Below are positions 54,790 to 55,726 of a DNA stretch of 55,726 nucleotides, one piece after another. Below the pieces are notes generated by a model. That model was given only the letters and a program-made list of their open reading frames with translations. It did not search any database and had not been told where the DNA came from. The stretch comes from a virus (lineage: Duplodnaviria; Caudoviricetes). Where the stretch lies: IMG/VR virus record IMGVR_UViG_3300017938_000011, positions 1-55,726 of that record; one strand, written 5' to 3'. The position numbers and the translations under genes were made by a program. Each line of letters opens with the position of its first letter. Within the stretch, counting starts at the first letter, position 1.

Positions 54790-55726
54790 CTATGGTGCCG
54801 TCAGCACCAAGACCCAGTCCGGGTCGCCGTTGGCGTTGTTGGATGTCGGAACAAAGTTATGCGTGCCGGTATTGGAAAACGGCGAACCAGAGATGGCCGT
54901 AAATGCTCCGTTAGTCGGGTCGAGCCATCGTGCCGTCACGCTGCCAGCAAAGTGTGACATGGCAACCGTGAGCGTGCCTGTCTGACCATAGATGAAATAC
55001 GCGAGGGCCAGCGTACCATCCGGCGTCGCCGACACCGTGATGTAGTTGGTTGCTGCGAAGCCAGTGGCAGCAGTCGGGTTTGAACCATAACCAGCAGTGC
55101 CTACGGTGTGGGCGTTATCTGGAACTAGGTTCTGCCACGCGATAGTGGAAAGGAAATTTCTTTGTACGGTAAGATCCGCGACGCCCGGCGTCGCCATGTT
55201 GTTCTTCCATCGCGGCGACGTGTTGTTGTAACCAGTCACCTGAATGTTAGAACCGACGTTGACCTCAAATCCGGTACTGAGAAAGCCATTACCGTATTGC
55301 TGCCCGAATACCCCAGAGCACAGCGTCCACCATGCCTGCTGCCGCAGATTCAGACGGTTGCCGGGGTTGCCGACGTTGTTCTCATATTCGTAATTGGCTT
55401 CAAGCATCGTTGACGGGCACGGCGTCGGCGTCTTATTGGTGCCGGTCACGCCGGCGAACGCGGCTGGCGACTGCAAATAAGACACGAGCGAATACCAAAA
55501 GGTCACATAGTAGGAATAATTGCCCGTCCAGTTGACGTAAGACCTGAAGTTCGCATCGTCGAGCGCGGTACTGTCTGATGGAGTATAATTCATCTCCATC
55601 GTGATCAGCGTGCCAGCAGGAGCAGTTTCCTGGACGCCTAACATCATGGCGGCGACCTGCGCGTCGAAAGAGCCGCCGTAGTCGTTGCCGAACTGATAGG
55701 CGACGTGCTTGTAGCTCTTGTAGCGG
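54790..55726 (-). CDS. Apiosidase-like (DUF4038) glycoside hydrolase with C-terminal collagen-binding-like domain; 5' end off-window
   Basis: RYK...GND, EANYEYE, RQQAWW, W..LVPD, ARWLDPTNG, DWVLVL. Confidence 0.8.
   Translation of the reverse strand, partial: RYKSYKHVAYQFGNDYGGSFDAQVAAMMLGVQETAPAGTLITMEMNYTPSDSTALDDANFRSYVNWTGNYSYYVTFWYSLVSYLQSPAAFAGVTGTNKTPTPCPSTMLEANYEYENNVGNPGNRLNLRQQAWWTLCSGVFGQQYGNGFLSTGFEVNVGSNIQVTGYNNTSPRWKNNMATPGVADLTVQRNFLSTIAWQNLVPDNAHTVGTAGYGSNPTAATGFAATNYITVSATPDGTLALAYFIYGQTGTLTVAMSHFAGSVTARWLDPTNGAFTAISGSPFSNTGTHNFVPTSNNANGDPDWVLVLTAP

Noticed and set aside
26000-55726. Numerous plus-strand and off-frame ORFs in the late region; DGR or tRNA genes
   Set aside because: These are GC-rich shadow ORFs over tiled minus-strand genes; no reverse transcriptase, template repeat or cloverleaf was seen.

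Overview
About 55.7 kb of a tailed dsDNA phage (or prophage) with a contractile tail. GC content and gene families point to an alphaproteobacterial, probably Hyphomicrobiales, host. Left to right: terminase large/small subunits and small hypotheticals (1-10.3 kb, mostly minus strand); replication/recombination early genes on both sides of a divergent switch at ~17.25 kb (RNase H, MT-A70 and ParB-fused methyltransferases, RusA, RecE/RecT-like); then a long minus-strand late region with lysis genes, tail fibres, baseplate, tape measure, tube and sheath, and an ~11 kb block of beta-rich/glycan-related proteins, a TPR-glycosyltransferase and a 27-repeat Pro/Trp protein. No integrase, CI repressor, portal or capsid gene is seen in the window. 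The standout is an IS1595-family cassette system: one transposase-bearing element with three passenger genes, plus four non-autonomous elements (268-605, 4214-4953, 5378-6052, 7251-7756). All five share GCTTATC(C/G)GGTT-type terminal inverted repeats, and two have 8-bp target duplications (one exact, one 7/8). Each carries different cargo, and all ten ends contain a subterminal NrdR-box-like palindrome that often supplies cargo start or stop codons. Also notable: a structured ~430-nt non-coding region with a putative antisense RNA upstream of an RNase H/DnaT-like replication module, a prfB-like CTT-TGA-C frameshift site in terL, and an ATT start codon on a baseplate gene. All product calls come from motif recognition by eye; no database searches were run.
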